64,000 nucleotides of DNA from Shigella phage ESh32: sequence record ON528742; one strand, 5' to 3'. The notes under the pieces were generated by a model. It was given only the letters and a program-made list of their open reading frames with translations. It was not told where the DNA came from and searched no databases. The stretch's first letter is position 1, and each line of letters starts with the position of its first letter. This document shows, piece after piece, positions 8,509 to 18,090 of this stretch. Position numbers and translations under genes: made by a program.

Positions 8509-9030
8509 ATGTTTATTTCAAGTGGAAGTGGTTTAATTCGTGTTGAATTTAAAAATGATATTTTCCTTATTCAAGGAGATGATATTATTAAAATGAGTTA
8601 TGATGAAATCAAGAAAATTTGTCATACTCTTGAAAGCCGTGGAAACGTAAATGCTGTTATTGACATTGGTGATTTATGGGTAACGCTTTATGAAGTATCC
8701 GAAGGATTTAATATTGAAGATGAAAATAACATTTTAGCTATTGATAAAAGAACTGATTTGTTTGATGTATTAAAAGCCTATGAACAGTCAAATGGTGGAA
8801 GAAAAGCTGTATTGATTTATCAAAAACCACATTCATGCGGAACTGCTTCAATCATTTCAAATATTGAAGGCGAAGCTGATACTTATATGTGTGTTTTAAA
8901 AGCTGGTGGTGACCGTCATCCGGATTTTATTTCTATTCGTCAAAACAATGGAGAAATTTCATTATCAAAATCAGAAGCTGAAGCTATGATTAAGTATTTA
9001 ACAACTGTTACGCCTTCAATGAAAGGATAA
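8509..9030 (+). CDS. hypothetical protein (paralog of 7960..8502)
   Basis: 173 aa; C-terminus ...EAEAMIKYLTTVTPSMKG parallels upstream gene. Confidence 0.55.
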   Translation: MFISSGSGLIRVEFKNDIFLIQGDDIIKMSYDEIKKICHTLESRGNVNAVIDIGDLWVTLYEVSEGFNIEDENNILAIDKRTDLFDVLKAYEQSNGGRKAVLIYQKPHSCGTASIISNIEGEADTYMCVLKAGGDRHPDFISIRQNNGEISLSKSEAEAMIKYLTTVTPSMKG

Positions 9031-9032
9031 TT

Positions 9033-9494
9033 ATGATTATTAATGAAAATTCTTGGCATTATAAATTATTCAAATTGTTTAACGATGAATGGCAACGACC
9101 TAAGACACTATGCGCATATTTTTGGTCTATTGCCATTCCTACATTTTTCGTTTCTATTTTTGGATGTACTATACTCGTAGGGCTAACAATTATTTGTGCA
9201 GAAAGCCTACAACGTTGGCTTATTTTCGGTAGTTTATGGACTCTTCTTCCATCGGCATTTATATTTGCGCTTTTGGCTGTTTTACTTATTATTGGTTCAT
9301 TTGTTATTCCTGTACATTTGCGTGAAAAATATAAAGATTATAAATGGAAAAAGGATTATGCTTTACACGTAGAAAACATTGATAGGAAAAATAAAGGTTT
9401 ACCTCCTATTCAACCCAAGAAATCGATTATCGTTGAATTTTTAAAAGCTCGTAAAGCTAAAGTATGTCCTGTTATTGAATATAAGGCTGAATGA
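9033..9494 (+). CDS. integral membrane protein
   Basis: 153 aa with at least three hydrophobic helices. Confidence 0.55.
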   Translation: MIINENSWHYKLFKLFNDEWQRPKTLCAYFWSIAIPTFFVSIFGCTILVGLTIICAESLQRWLIFGSLWTLLPSAFIFALLAVLLIIGSFVIPVHLREKYKDYKWKKDYALHVENIDRKNKGLPPIQPKKSIIVEFLKARKAKVCPVIEYKAE

Positions 9495-10504
9495 TGAAAA
9501 CAGTAATGAAAAGCTATTTTGGTAGTCATCTTTATGGAACTTCTACTCCAGAATCGGATGTAGATTTTAAAGAAATTTTTGTTCCTCCTGCTCGTGATAT
9601 TCTTATCGGAAACGTTAAAGATCATATGAGCAAAAACACTAACAACACATCATCTAAAAACACTAAAGATGATATTGACCATGAACTATACAGTCTTAAA
9701 TATTTCTTTAAATTAGCAGCAGATGGTGAAACCGTAGCATTAGATATGCTCCACACTCCACCTGAACTAGTAGTTAAATCTGATTTGCCTGATGTGTGGA
9801 AGTTTATTCAAGACAACCGTTCTCGTTTTTATACGACTAACATGAAATCATATTTAGGATATGTCCGCAAGCAAGCTTCTAAATACGGTGTCAAAGGTTC
9901 TCGTTTGGCTGCATTACGTGATGTATTGAAAGTAGTTAATCAAATCCCTGAGCAGTGGATTGATTACCAAGAAGATGGTTCTATTAAGCAGCGTCGCACT
10001 AAAGTTGAAGATATTAAGCATCGTCTTCCAGAAAACGAATTCTGTGAATGGGTGTTCCATAATCATGAGAAAACAGGCCCACAAACGTTCTACACTGTGT
10101 TGGGTCGTAAATATCAGACAACGCTTTCTCTTATTGAGCTTAAGCAGTCACTGAACAGATTAGATGCTGAATATGGTGAACGTGCTCGTAAGGCCGAAGC
10201 CAATGAAGGCATTGACTGGAAAGCTTTGAGTCATGCTTGTCGTGGTGGACTTCAATTATTGGAAATTTACAAAACTGGTGACTTAGTATATCCACTCCAA
10301 GATGCTCCCTTTATTCTCGACGTGAAGTTGGGTAAGCATCCATTTAAAACGGTTCAAGAGTTTTTGGAAGATGTGGTCGATCAAGTAGAAGCAGCATCTA
10401 CTGAAGCTTCTAAGAACGGTATGCAGCAAAAAGTAGACATGAGTTTTTGGGATGACTTCCTTGAGAAGGTCTATCTTGAAAACCACCGAAGTTATTATAA
10501 ATGA
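9491..10504 (+). CDS. Pol-beta-superfamily nucleotidyltransferase-like protein
   Basis: FGSHLYGTSTPESDVDF fits the GS-x9-13-DxD nucleotidyltransferase motif; 337 aa. Confidence 0.55.
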   Translation: MMKTVMKSYFGSHLYGTSTPESDVDFKEIFVPPARDILIGNVKDHMSKNTNNTSSKNTKDDIDHELYSLKYFFKLAADGETVALDMLHTPPELVVKSDLPDVWKFIQDNRSRFYTTNMKSYLGYVRKQASKYGVKGSRLAALRDVLKVVNQIPEQWIDYQEDGSIKQRRTKVEDIKHRLPENEFCEWVFHNHEKTGPQTFYTVLGRKYQTTLSLIELKQSLNRLDAEYGERARKAEANEGIDWKALSHACRGGLQLLEIYKTGDLVYPLQDAPFILDVKLGKHPFKTVQEFLEDVVDQVEAASTEASKNGMQQKVDMSFWDDFLEKVYLENHRSYYK

Positions 10505-10505
10505 T

Positions 10506-10531
10506 AGGGAGCCTTCGGGCTCCCTTTTTTA
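10506..10531 (+). terminator. intrinsic terminator
   Basis: agggagccttcgggctccct + tttttt. Confidence 0.8.
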
Positions 10532-10554
10532 TTTCAAAAATTTTTCACAAAGTT

Positions 10555-10584
10555 GTTTACAAGCATAAAGCTTTATGGTACTAT
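10555..10584 (+). promoter_or_regulatory. T4-type early promoter with A/T-rich upstream element (cassette copy A)
   Basis: aaaaatttttcacaaagttgtttacaag ... atggtactat. Confidence 0.6.
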
Positions 10585-10618
10585 ACAACTATCAACTGAT
10601 ACGGATTTGGAGAATAAA

Positions 10619-11587
10619 ATGAAAACTGTAACTATCAATAAGGGTATCTACTTCGGTAAAGAAATCTCTGGAACTTTTGAGCTCTTAGGCGAATGGTTCC
10701 CAGATAATGCTCCGGTAGATGCACAAGGAGATGGTAAAGTTTTTGTTGAAATTGACGGTAAACGTCGCGGTGTTTGGGTTTACAAATCAGACATTTCATA
10801 TGATGGTGTAAAAGTTGAAGAAGTTAAAGAATCATATGAAGATATGAAAACCCGCATTAATAAAAGATTTAATGTTATGGGAATGATGACGAATGGTATT
10901 ATTAACGGAAACATTCGTTCATTAATTATCTCTGGTGCGGCGGGTATTGGTAAAACGTATTCTTTAGATAAAGCTTTAAATAAAGCAAATGATATTGGAT
11001 ACATTGAATATAAAAGCATTAACGGTAAAATCTCCGGTATCGGTCTTTATGAGCAGCTTTGGAATAATCGTGAAGAGAATTCTGTCCTTTTGATTGATGA
11101 TGTGGATGTTTTCTCTGATATGGACATTCTTAATCTTCTGAAAGCTGCTCTGGACACCGGAGAGACCCGTAAAGTCTGCTGGAGCACCGCATCTTCTTAC
11201 TTAGAAGAAAAAGGCATTGAGCGTGAGTTTGAATTTAAAGGAACGATTGTTTTTATCACAAACGTTGACATTGACCGCGAATTAGACCGTGGTACTAAAC
11301 TTGCTCCACATTTACAAGCATTAGTGTCCCGCTCAGTTTATTTGGATTTGGGTGTTCACACTAATGAAGAAATTATGGTCAGGGTTGAAGATGTTATTCT
11401 TTCAACTGACATGATGCAAAAGCGCGGTCTTTCTGATGAAGAAACTTATAAAGCATTATCATGGATGAAAGTCAATGTTAATCGTTTACGCAATGTTTCA
11501 CTGCGTACTGCTCTTTATCTTGCTGACTTTATTATGACCGACAAAAACGGTTGGGAAGAAATTGCTGAAACGGTATTATTAAAATGA
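10619..11587 (+). CDS. AAA+/P-loop ATPase
   Basis: Walker A GAAGIGKTY, Walker B VLLIDDVD; ATG at 10619 after GGAG in the conserved leader. Confidence 0.65.
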   Translation: MKTVTINKGIYFGKEISGTFELLGEWFPDNAPVDAQGDGKVFVEIDGKRRGVWVYKSDISYDGVKVEEVKESYEDMKTRINKRFNVMGMMTNGIINGNIRSLIISGAAGIGKTYSLDKALNKANDIGYIEYKSINGKISGIGLYEQLWNNREENSVLLIDDVDVFSDMDILNLLKAALDTGETRKVCWSTASSYLEEKGIEREFEFKGTIVFITNVDIDRELDRGTKLAPHLQALVSRSVYLDLGVHTNEEIMVRVEDVILSTDMMQKRGLSDEETYKALSWMKVNVNRLRNVSLRTALYLADFIMTDKNGWEEIAETVLLK

Positions 11588-12303
11588 AAAAATATTTTAC
11601 TATCTATAAAACTGAAATATTAAATTTAAAGACAGGTATTAAGAAATACTATTATGGTCGACATATAACTAATAACATCAATGATTCGTATGTTGGTAGT
11701 GGAAATTATATAGAACGTGTAAAAGTGTCAAATGACCATATATTATCAAAAACGGTTTTAGAAGTTTTTGATAATTATGATAAAATGGTACAAGCCGAAA
11801 TATTATATATCATGGCAGGTAAATTGAAATATGGAAAAAACTGCGTTAACCTGTCATATGGGGGTGAAGGAGGAAAGGTTGCAGATGAAACTAGGATAAA
11901 ATGTAAAAAGCATTCTATAAATTTATGGAAAAATCCTAATCATATAGAGCATATGAAGAAAAAGATGAAAGAGGTCACATCCACGCCGGAAGCTAAATTA
12001 AACACTTCAATAAAAACTTCACAACGATATAAGGACCCAGCTTTTGTTAGAAAAGTTAGTAATATTATTAAAAAGACACTAAGCAATCCTACAGTAAAAG
12101 AAAAGCACATTAATGGAATTAAAGCTGCAAAGCGTTCTCATTTAACTATATGGCAGTATGAAGATGAATTATTCGAGCTTTGGAAAGAAACTAAATACGG
12201 ATGGAGAAAATTTACAAAGGAAGCTATAAAACACGGTTATCCAAATGAACCTTATCGTAGTATGGTATCAACTTTTCAGAAAAGACATTTAGAAGAATCG
12301 TAA
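11584..12303 (+). CDS. GIY-YIG family homing endonuclease-like protein (seg-like)
   Basis: N-terminal FTIYKTEILNLKTGIKKYYYGRH (GIY..YIG-like spacing, following Arg); basic C-terminal region. Confidence 0.6.
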   Translation: MKKYFTIYKTEILNLKTGIKKYYYGRHITNNINDSYVGSGNYIERVKVSNDHILSKTVLEVFDNYDKMVQAEILYIMAGKLKYGKNCVNLSYGGEGGKVADETRIKCKKHSINLWKNPNHIEHMKKKMKEVTSTPEAKLNTSIKTSQRYKDPAFVRKVSNIIKKTLSNPTVKEKHINGIKAAKRSHLTIWQYEDELFELWKETKYGWRKFTKEAIKHGYPNEPYRSMVSTFQKRHLEES

Positions 12304-12385
12304 GACAAAAAGGCAGTTCAGAAATAGATTATATGGACTGCCATCAAAAAGATGACTAGAATTAAACTGGTAAATGGAGGTAATG

Positions 12386-12688
12386 ATGTTATACTCAAAG
12401 GCTCGTGAAATTTACGAAACTAAAATTAAAGAAGCAGTATTTCAGTTCGCAACAACAATGCGATGGACCAATGATTGGGAATATTCAAAAAATCATAAGA
12501 AGCCCCTGGTGACAAGAAAGGCTCATATGTTAGTGTTAATAGACCGTGAGCAGATTAAAGCCCGAGAAGCTCTCCAGAATCATAAAAAGGCTGCCTTTGA
12601 ATGGTTTATGGATAACACTGCTCCTGAGACTAAGAAAGCAGTGAGCGCGTGGTTCAGTGGAAAAAATTGTGAAAGAAGTTTCTTTTAG
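12386..12688 (+). CDS. hypothetical protein
   Basis: ORF 12374..12688; start at 12386 preferred for spacing from GGAGG, 12374 possible. Confidence 0.45.
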   Translation: MLYSKAREIYETKIKEAVFQFATTMRWTNDWEYSKNHKKPLVTRKAHMLVLIDREQIKAREALQNHKKAAFEWFMDNTAPETKKAVSAWFSGKNCERSFF

Positions 12689-12690
12689 TT

Positions 12691-12720
12691 GTTTACAAGA
12701 CCGTTCCTCTGTGGTACTAT
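12691..12720 (+). promoter_or_regulatory. T4-type early promoter (cassette copy B)
   Basis: gtttacaagaccgttcctctgtggtactat. Confidence 0.6.
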
Positions 12721-12748
12721 ACAACTATCAACTACGGAGGAACAGAAA

Positions 12749-13276
12749 ATGAATGCTAAAGATATTTTCAACCTGGTAAATTACAACGATGGTAAATTTA
12801 AATCAGAAGCACAAAGCAAGTTCTTTAATGACATCTCAATCGGAGGTGAAATCACGGTTGACGGAGGACAAATTTACAAATCCCGTTGGAATTGGATCGT
12901 TATTATTGACGAGATCGGTATTGTAGAAATTTACAAAAATACGAATAAAAATCGTACATTACACTGGTCTCGTGATACTAACGAACAGTACAAAAAGGAT
13001 AAAGCATCTAAATTATCTCGTGTAACTCAAGAAGATATTGAGTTCATCAAGAAAGATATTTTGATGTATGATAACTTAATTGCTGAAGAGCAAGCTGTTA
13101 TTGATAAATTTGACGAGATTAAAGCTTCTCGTGAAATTCCTGATTTTATGAAAGAATCAGTAAATGAACGATACACTCTCATTTCAGAGCGTATTGAAAC
13201 TTACAAAAAGCAAAGAGCTGAACGCCAGAATACTCTTCGGAAGTTTGAAGAACGGTTAAAGACGGTACTCGCATAA
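12749..13276 (+). CDS. hypothetical protein with C-terminal coiled coil
   Basis: ORF 12689..13276; ATG at 12749 after GGAGG; C-terminal heptad-like helix. Confidence 0.55.
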   Translation: MNAKDIFNLVNYNDGKFKSEAQSKFFNDISIGGEITVDGGQIYKSRWNWIVIIDEIGIVEIYKNTNKNRTLHWSRDTNEQYKKDKASKLSRVTQEDIEFIKKDILMYDNLIAEEQAVIDKFDEIKASREIPDFMKESVNERYTLISERIETYKKQRAERQNTLRKFEERLKTVLA

Positions 13277-13331
13277 CCGCTTTATACCAAGGATGGTATA
13301 ATGGTTCTAAGCCCTTTTAATTGAGATTATT

Positions 13332-13739
13332 ATGAAACAGTTGATAATTAAAAGATTGAATTTATTGATATGTTGTTTATGCGTAGTAGTTGCATATGGT
13401 TATTACGCAATTAATGATTATATGCATTATAAAGATTATGATGTTACTGTAGTTAATACCCTTACAGGAACTCAAGGAAAGGGGTCTAGTTTATCGTTTA
13501 TTGCCGTATATGAACTCAAAGACGGTTATAGATTTAGTGAATATATTTCACCGGAGATGTATTCTTCAATAGAAAAAGGTGATAATATTACTGTAAGTTT
13601 ACGTCCTTTCGACGTAAAACAGACATTGTTTGATAATATCGTTTGGTTCTTTGGAATGGTATTAGTTCAATCTGTGTGTGGTGCTTATATAGTCTGTTCC
13701 ATCATATTCTGCGTATTTAGTAAAATTGAAATTGAGTGA
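13332..13739 (+). CDS. membrane protein
   Basis: 135 aa, N- and C-terminal hydrophobic helices. Confidence 0.5.
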   Translation: MKQLIIKRLNLLICCLCVVVAYGYYAINDYMHYKDYDVTVVNTLTGTQGKGSSLSFIAVYELKDGYRFSEYISPEMYSSIEKGDNITVSLRPFDVKQTLFDNIVWFFGMVLVQSVCGAYIVCSIIFCVFSKIEIE

Positions 13740-13746
13740 GGAAAAT

Positions 13747-14634
13747 ATGTCAGTAGTAATTAATAATGTCAATGCAGTAATTAAATCTTTAGTTAATAAA
13801 AAATTGAATGAATGGACTGTACTTCGTCGTGGAGAGCCAGATAAATTTTTTCATAGATTTAACCCAACTTTGGATTTGAATGTTATTGACAGAGATGTTC
13901 ATGCTGAAATTTTAGATAAATTTAAAGTTGATATTGGGTTTGGATTAGATAAACATTTACAACGAACAAACGGGTCTGGAATGGGTTTATCTAATCGCAT
14001 CATGAAAGCCCTTAATAAAATTGGAGCGTTGTCTCGTATTAATGCAAGTGAAATTCTTCGCAATTATAATAAAGGCTATGATCTTTACGGTCGACTAATG
14101 CCGAAATTATCATTTGACCAAATGATCGCAGATTTGTGGGAAAATCAACGACGATTATTAGCATTAGGCGCTCGATTAGCTAAAGGTCTAGATAAACAAA
14201 TGATTTTTAAGACCAATAATACAGAAGACCTTAAATGCTTTAAATTTAGTATTCGCGGCGATGATTATTACGTCAGAGCTCGCTCTACAGATTATGTTAA
14301 TATGGGGCATCATCTCTGTTTAGCTTTTGAAGTTTTAAAAGAAGCCGGAACGTTAGAATATTCATCTGGTGCTAAATGCCCGATTGGTTCAAATTGCATT
14401 TTAATTTATCGCCCGGATGAATCCAGTTTAACTAAATTTCCTACAAAACCTGTACCAGTTCGTAGTAACGAAAAACATTCTGAACAAATTGATTATTTTA
14501 ATAAGCAAATTGAAGAGCTGAATATTTCTATTCAACAATATGACGATGAAATCTTTAGACTATCTGGATTGAGTAGTAAAGCTAAATCTGAGCGTGAAAA
14601 GTTAATTAAAATTGTTGATTTACTTAAATCTTAA
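13747..14634 (+). CDS. hypothetical protein with C-terminal coiled coil
   Basis: ORF 13726..14634 (TTG at 13726); ATG at 13747 after GAGGA. Confidence 0.55.
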   Translation: MSVVINNVNAVIKSLVNKKLNEWTVLRRGEPDKFFHRFNPTLDLNVIDRDVHAEILDKFKVDIGFGLDKHLQRTNGSGMGLSNRIMKALNKIGALSRINASEILRNYNKGYDLYGRLMPKLSFDQMIADLWENQRRLLALGARLAKGLDKQMIFKTNNTEDLKCFKFSIRGDDYYVRARSTDYVNMGHHLCLAFEVLKEAGTLEYSSGAKCPIGSNCILIYRPDESSLTKFPTKPVPVRSNEKHSEQIDYFNKQIEELNISIQQYDDEIFRLSGLSSKAKSEREKLIKIVDLLKS

Positions 14635-14642
14635 GGAACACT

Positions 14643-15662
14643 ATGAAAACTCGTTCTCAAATTGAAGATATGGTTCGTAATGCCAGCTATACTCGTGATG
14701 TTATGACATTTTTGTGCCAAAATAATTTAGACCCTGATAGAGTTAATAGTTCCATTCACTTTAAGTATATGAATAGCAGTGAATGGTTACGTCATTTTAG
14801 TAAAGCGGGATATATTACACAAATGACTGCTCGTGAGCAGCTCACCGATTTCTGTAAAACTATTGATTATAAAAATCCTCTATTTGTTCAAGGTGTTGGT
14901 CAGAGTAAGGTTGATTTATCATCTGGATTTTTCAATCCCAATCATTATCGTATTGAATGGAGATTTATTGCTCTATTCCGTAAACAGTTAAAGCAAATTT
15001 TGTCGACAGCTAGTCGATTAAAAGGTTCTGACATTAACTTAAAGAACCTGAAATTTGATGGTTATACTCTTCAGATGGAAGTAAGACCATTAAAAGAAAA
15101 TAATAGAACTGCACGAATTAGCTTTAAACCTAATACAAAAAATTCTCTTTCAATTTGTGAATGCCTTAAATCACAGTTGACAGAAGCATTTAAGTATATG
15201 GATGTTGTTGCCGCTGTTCAGTCTAAGATTTTACCTCGTTTTGAACGATTTAAGTTAGATACAACAACGTATGAACTTGATATGATCGTTTCATTTAAAT
15301 ACGATTTTTTGAGAAAGGACGAAGTCCCGCAAGAGAAAAAGCAGGAAGTACAAGATAACTTAAATTTATCCAATTACTTATCAAACGATCCTAAATTTTG
15401 GATGTATAGTTCAGGTAATAATGATGCATGGAAATTCAATAAAGTGAATTTTCTTCCTGTTGAAAATCCGAGTCTTAAACCTGTTGAAAAATGGCACGCG
15501 GATGCGATTGAGAAGTCTATCAAGGCAGTAGATGATGAACTCGTTAAAGCGACCAATGAAGTGCTAGAAGCTGAAAAGGCGTTAGAACAAGCTCAGTCAA
15601 GGGTTCAAAATCTGACAAAGCAACGTTCTAAACTGAACAATGCATTAAATGCACTGAACTAG
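14643..15662 (+). CDS. hypothetical protein with C-terminal coiled coil
   Basis: 339 aa; AAGGAA RBS. Confidence 0.6.
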   Translation: MKTRSQIEDMVRNASYTRDVMTFLCQNNLDPDRVNSSIHFKYMNSSEWLRHFSKAGYITQMTAREQLTDFCKTIDYKNPLFVQGVGQSKVDLSSGFFNPNHYRIEWRFIALFRKQLKQILSTASRLKGSDINLKNLKFDGYTLQMEVRPLKENNRTARISFKPNTKNSLSICECLKSQLTEAFKYMDVVAAVQSKILPRFERFKLDTTTYELDMIVSFKYDFLRKDEVPQEKKQEVQDNLNLSNYLSNDPKFWMYSSGNNDAWKFNKVNFLPVENPSLKPVEKWHADAIEKSIKAVDDELVKATNEVLEAEKALEQAQSRVQNLTKQRSKLNNALNALN

Positions 15663-15691
15663 TTTACTTTGCCACAAGGATGTGGTATAAT
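15662..15691 (+). promoter_or_regulatory. T4-type early promoter
   Basis: agtttactttgccacaaggatgtggtataat; near-duplicate of promoter at 60182. Confidence 0.6.
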
Positions 15692-15719
15692 GTTCTTACT
15701 TTCTACTGAGGAGATTAAT

Positions 15720-16721
15720 ATGACTCGTAACGAATATATCAAATCATTCAATAGGGTTATTGATGATAAAGTTAAACCCATGTCTAGTCAGAATGCTGTT
15801 CTTTCTATTATCAATCAATGGCTCAGCAGTATTGATGCAAGTATTGTTTCTTCCAGTAAATTTATTCATGAAGTTCGTGAAATTTCTAGCCGTGTAGATA
15901 AAGATGATATTAAGATAATCTTTAAAGGGTCTCGTCTTCTTTCATATTTAGTTAATCGGGATATTCTTGGTAATTTTGGGAAAGAAATTAAACGAACTAA
16001 AGGTGTAATAGGATACAATTGGTTCGGTGATGTTAATTCTTATCATCTTAATATCAAAGAAGACCCTAAGAATATTTTTACTCGTCGTTGGATTAGTAAT
16101 TTCAGACTTTTTAAAGGACAAATTCTAAAATCAGCTTCTAAATTATGTTATGGCGATTATCGTCAAATTCATCCTTTGGCTTCTGATATGATTATCGTAA
16201 AAGAATATGAGCTTGATAAAAATAAAGTAGCTATTTTTGTGAATTATGAATTTTTTACACCAGAAGCTAACCAAAAGAATATTAATAAATTTTTCTCAAT
16301 TGCTAGCACTATAACTCATCAATTAGAGACGGCTTTGGATTGTATGGAAACTGTAAAAAGTATTCATACATATCCTTTCAAAAATATTGGTGGTTGGGAA
16401 GGATATAAAATTGTAATTAGTCTTCGTGAAGTGAAATGTGCTTATTCACTAACTGATAAAGAAATTTACCAACAAAAATGCGAAGAAATTGTGAATACTC
16501 CTAAAGAAGAAACTACCCTTGAGGAACTAATGGATAATCTTGACGATTCACTTGAACCGGTAGAAATTCGTCCAGAAGTTGTTGCATTAGAAAAAGCTTA
16601 TAAAGAAGTTCTAGAAATTTCTAATAAAGCGCAGAAAGAATATGAGAAGGCTAAAAAGATTTGGGAAGAATCTGTTAATCGCTTGGATCGTCTTGAACAA
16701 GCTTTACAGTTAATTAAGTAA
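15720..16721 (+). CDS. hypothetical protein with C-terminal coiled coil
   Basis: ORF 15669..16721; ATG at 15720 after GAGGAG. Confidence 0.6.
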   Translation: MTRNEYIKSFNRVIDDKVKPMSSQNAVLSIINQWLSSIDASIVSSSKFIHEVREISSRVDKDDIKIIFKGSRLLSYLVNRDILGNFGKEIKRTKGVIGYNWFGDVNSYHLNIKEDPKNIFTRRWISNFRLFKGQILKSASKLCYGDYRQIHPLASDMIIVKEYELDKNKVAIFVNYEFFTPEANQKNINKFFSIASTITHQLETALDCMETVKSIHTYPFKNIGGWEGYKIVISLREVKCAYSLTDKEIYQQKCEEIVNTPKEETTLEELMDNLDDSLEPVEIRPEVVALEKAYKEVLEISNKAQKEYEKAKKIWEESVNRLDRLEQALQLIK

Positions 16722-16772
16722 TTTAAAGCCAAGGATGGCTCGGAGTATAAATCATTAACAAGTGAGAAGAAC

Positions 16773-17702
16773 ATGAAAACTCGTAAACATTATATTGATT
16801 ATTTTGACAGTCTTATTACTAAACATCGTAATTATCAGATCGGACACAGAGCAGTAATCAATAATATTCTTCGTGATTTCCTTCAATATGTTGGCCAGGA
16901 AAATCATATCTGTAAAGATACTCAAAACGCTTATTCTCATTCGTTAGGCAATTTGCTTGAATGGTTTAAACGTTCTCGTATGTTATCTTCTACTATAGCT
17001 CGTGATAACATTAAAAACTTTATGAAGCCGAGCTTCATTAAATCTGAGACATCTATAACCGATTTGGTTCAATTTACTATTGTTAACGATGTTAAAAAGA
17101 CCCATTTGGCTGATTGGTTATCTACCATTCCTGAAACTAAATTTGCTGATAAATTTGCTTGTCAATTCAATACCCAAGTGAATATGCTTTTTAAGCATGC
17201 TCGCAAACTGTTTACCGCGGGCGATGATCGTACAAATACAGTTCATGTTAAGGACTGGGTTATTGCTGATGAAGTAACACACAAGCCAGGTGGTTCATCA
17301 GTATTAATTAATATCCAGGTTCCTTATTATTACTCACGTAATCTCGGCACCATGACAGCTAAAGAAATTAATAAGCACAACAAAACTATTCGTTCGTTGT
17401 CTTATAAACTCCGCATGATGTTAAAAATTATGGACGTAGTGGAAATGTATGACGAAACCGAAGATAATGGTTCAATGTTATACAGTTCACGCATTCTAAT
17501 TAAACTGAAGAACCCTAATACATATAAGACAGTTGTAAAAGAGCCTAAAGTAGAAAAGGTTGATAATCTGGGTGAAGAACGTGAATATCTCAATGCCCGT
17601 TTGACTGAAGTTGAAAAACAAATTGAAGAGCATACTAAAGTTCTTAAGGCTTTAACCGCCAAAGCAAATGGTTTACGTAATGCTATTGAGGTATTGAAAT
17701 GA
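16773..17702 (+). CDS. hypothetical protein with C-terminal coiled coil
   Basis: 309 aa. Confidence 0.6.
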   Translation: MKTRKHYIDYFDSLITKHRNYQIGHRAVINNILRDFLQYVGQENHICKDTQNAYSHSLGNLLEWFKRSRMLSSTIARDNIKNFMKPSFIKSETSITDLVQFTIVNDVKKTHLADWLSTIPETKFADKFACQFNTQVNMLFKHARKLFTAGDDRTNTVHVKDWVIADEVTHKPGGSSVLINIQVPYYYSRNLGTMTAKEINKHNKTIRSLSYKLRMMLKIMDVVEMYDETEDNGSMLYSSRILIKLKNPNTYKTVVKEPKVEKVDNLGEEREYLNARLTEVEKQIEEHTKVLKALTAKANGLRNAIEVLK

Positions 17703-18088
17703 AAAAGCGTTTATTAGAAGACATTGCAGCTTCAAGTAATTCCAGTTTAATTAAAATTATTATGGCTGGTGAGGAAGATGATATGGAAATGCGTGGAAAG
17801 ATTCACGGCTGCGACGATTTAGATTTTAAACCTCCAGCATGGGATGCTATTATGGCTATGGTTGAACGACGTGAAAGAGCTTCTAAAAACGTTCCTAATT
17901 GCCCTGAATGCGGTACTGAACAAGTTCAGTTGATTAACTGGCGTAAACCAGAGCTTGAATATAAATGCCGTCAATGTAAACATAAATTCAGTAAGCATGC
18001 TCCGGAAATGGTTAAATTGCCTGACTCTACTGAGTTCTTTAAAGAACTTGTGAGTGTTCAACCAATGCCTAATAATATTTTGGATTAA
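17699..18088 (+). CDS. zinc-ribbon protein
   Basis: CPECGTEQ...CRQCKHKF four-Cys motif; ATGA overlap upstream. Confidence 0.55.
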   Translation: MKKRLLEDIAASSNSSLIKIIMAGEEDDMEMRGKIHGCDDLDFKPPAWDAIMAMVERRERASKNVPNCPECGTEQVQLINWRKPELEYKCRQCKHKFSKHAPEMVKLPDSTEFFKELVSVQPMPNNILD

Positions 18089-18090
18089 AA

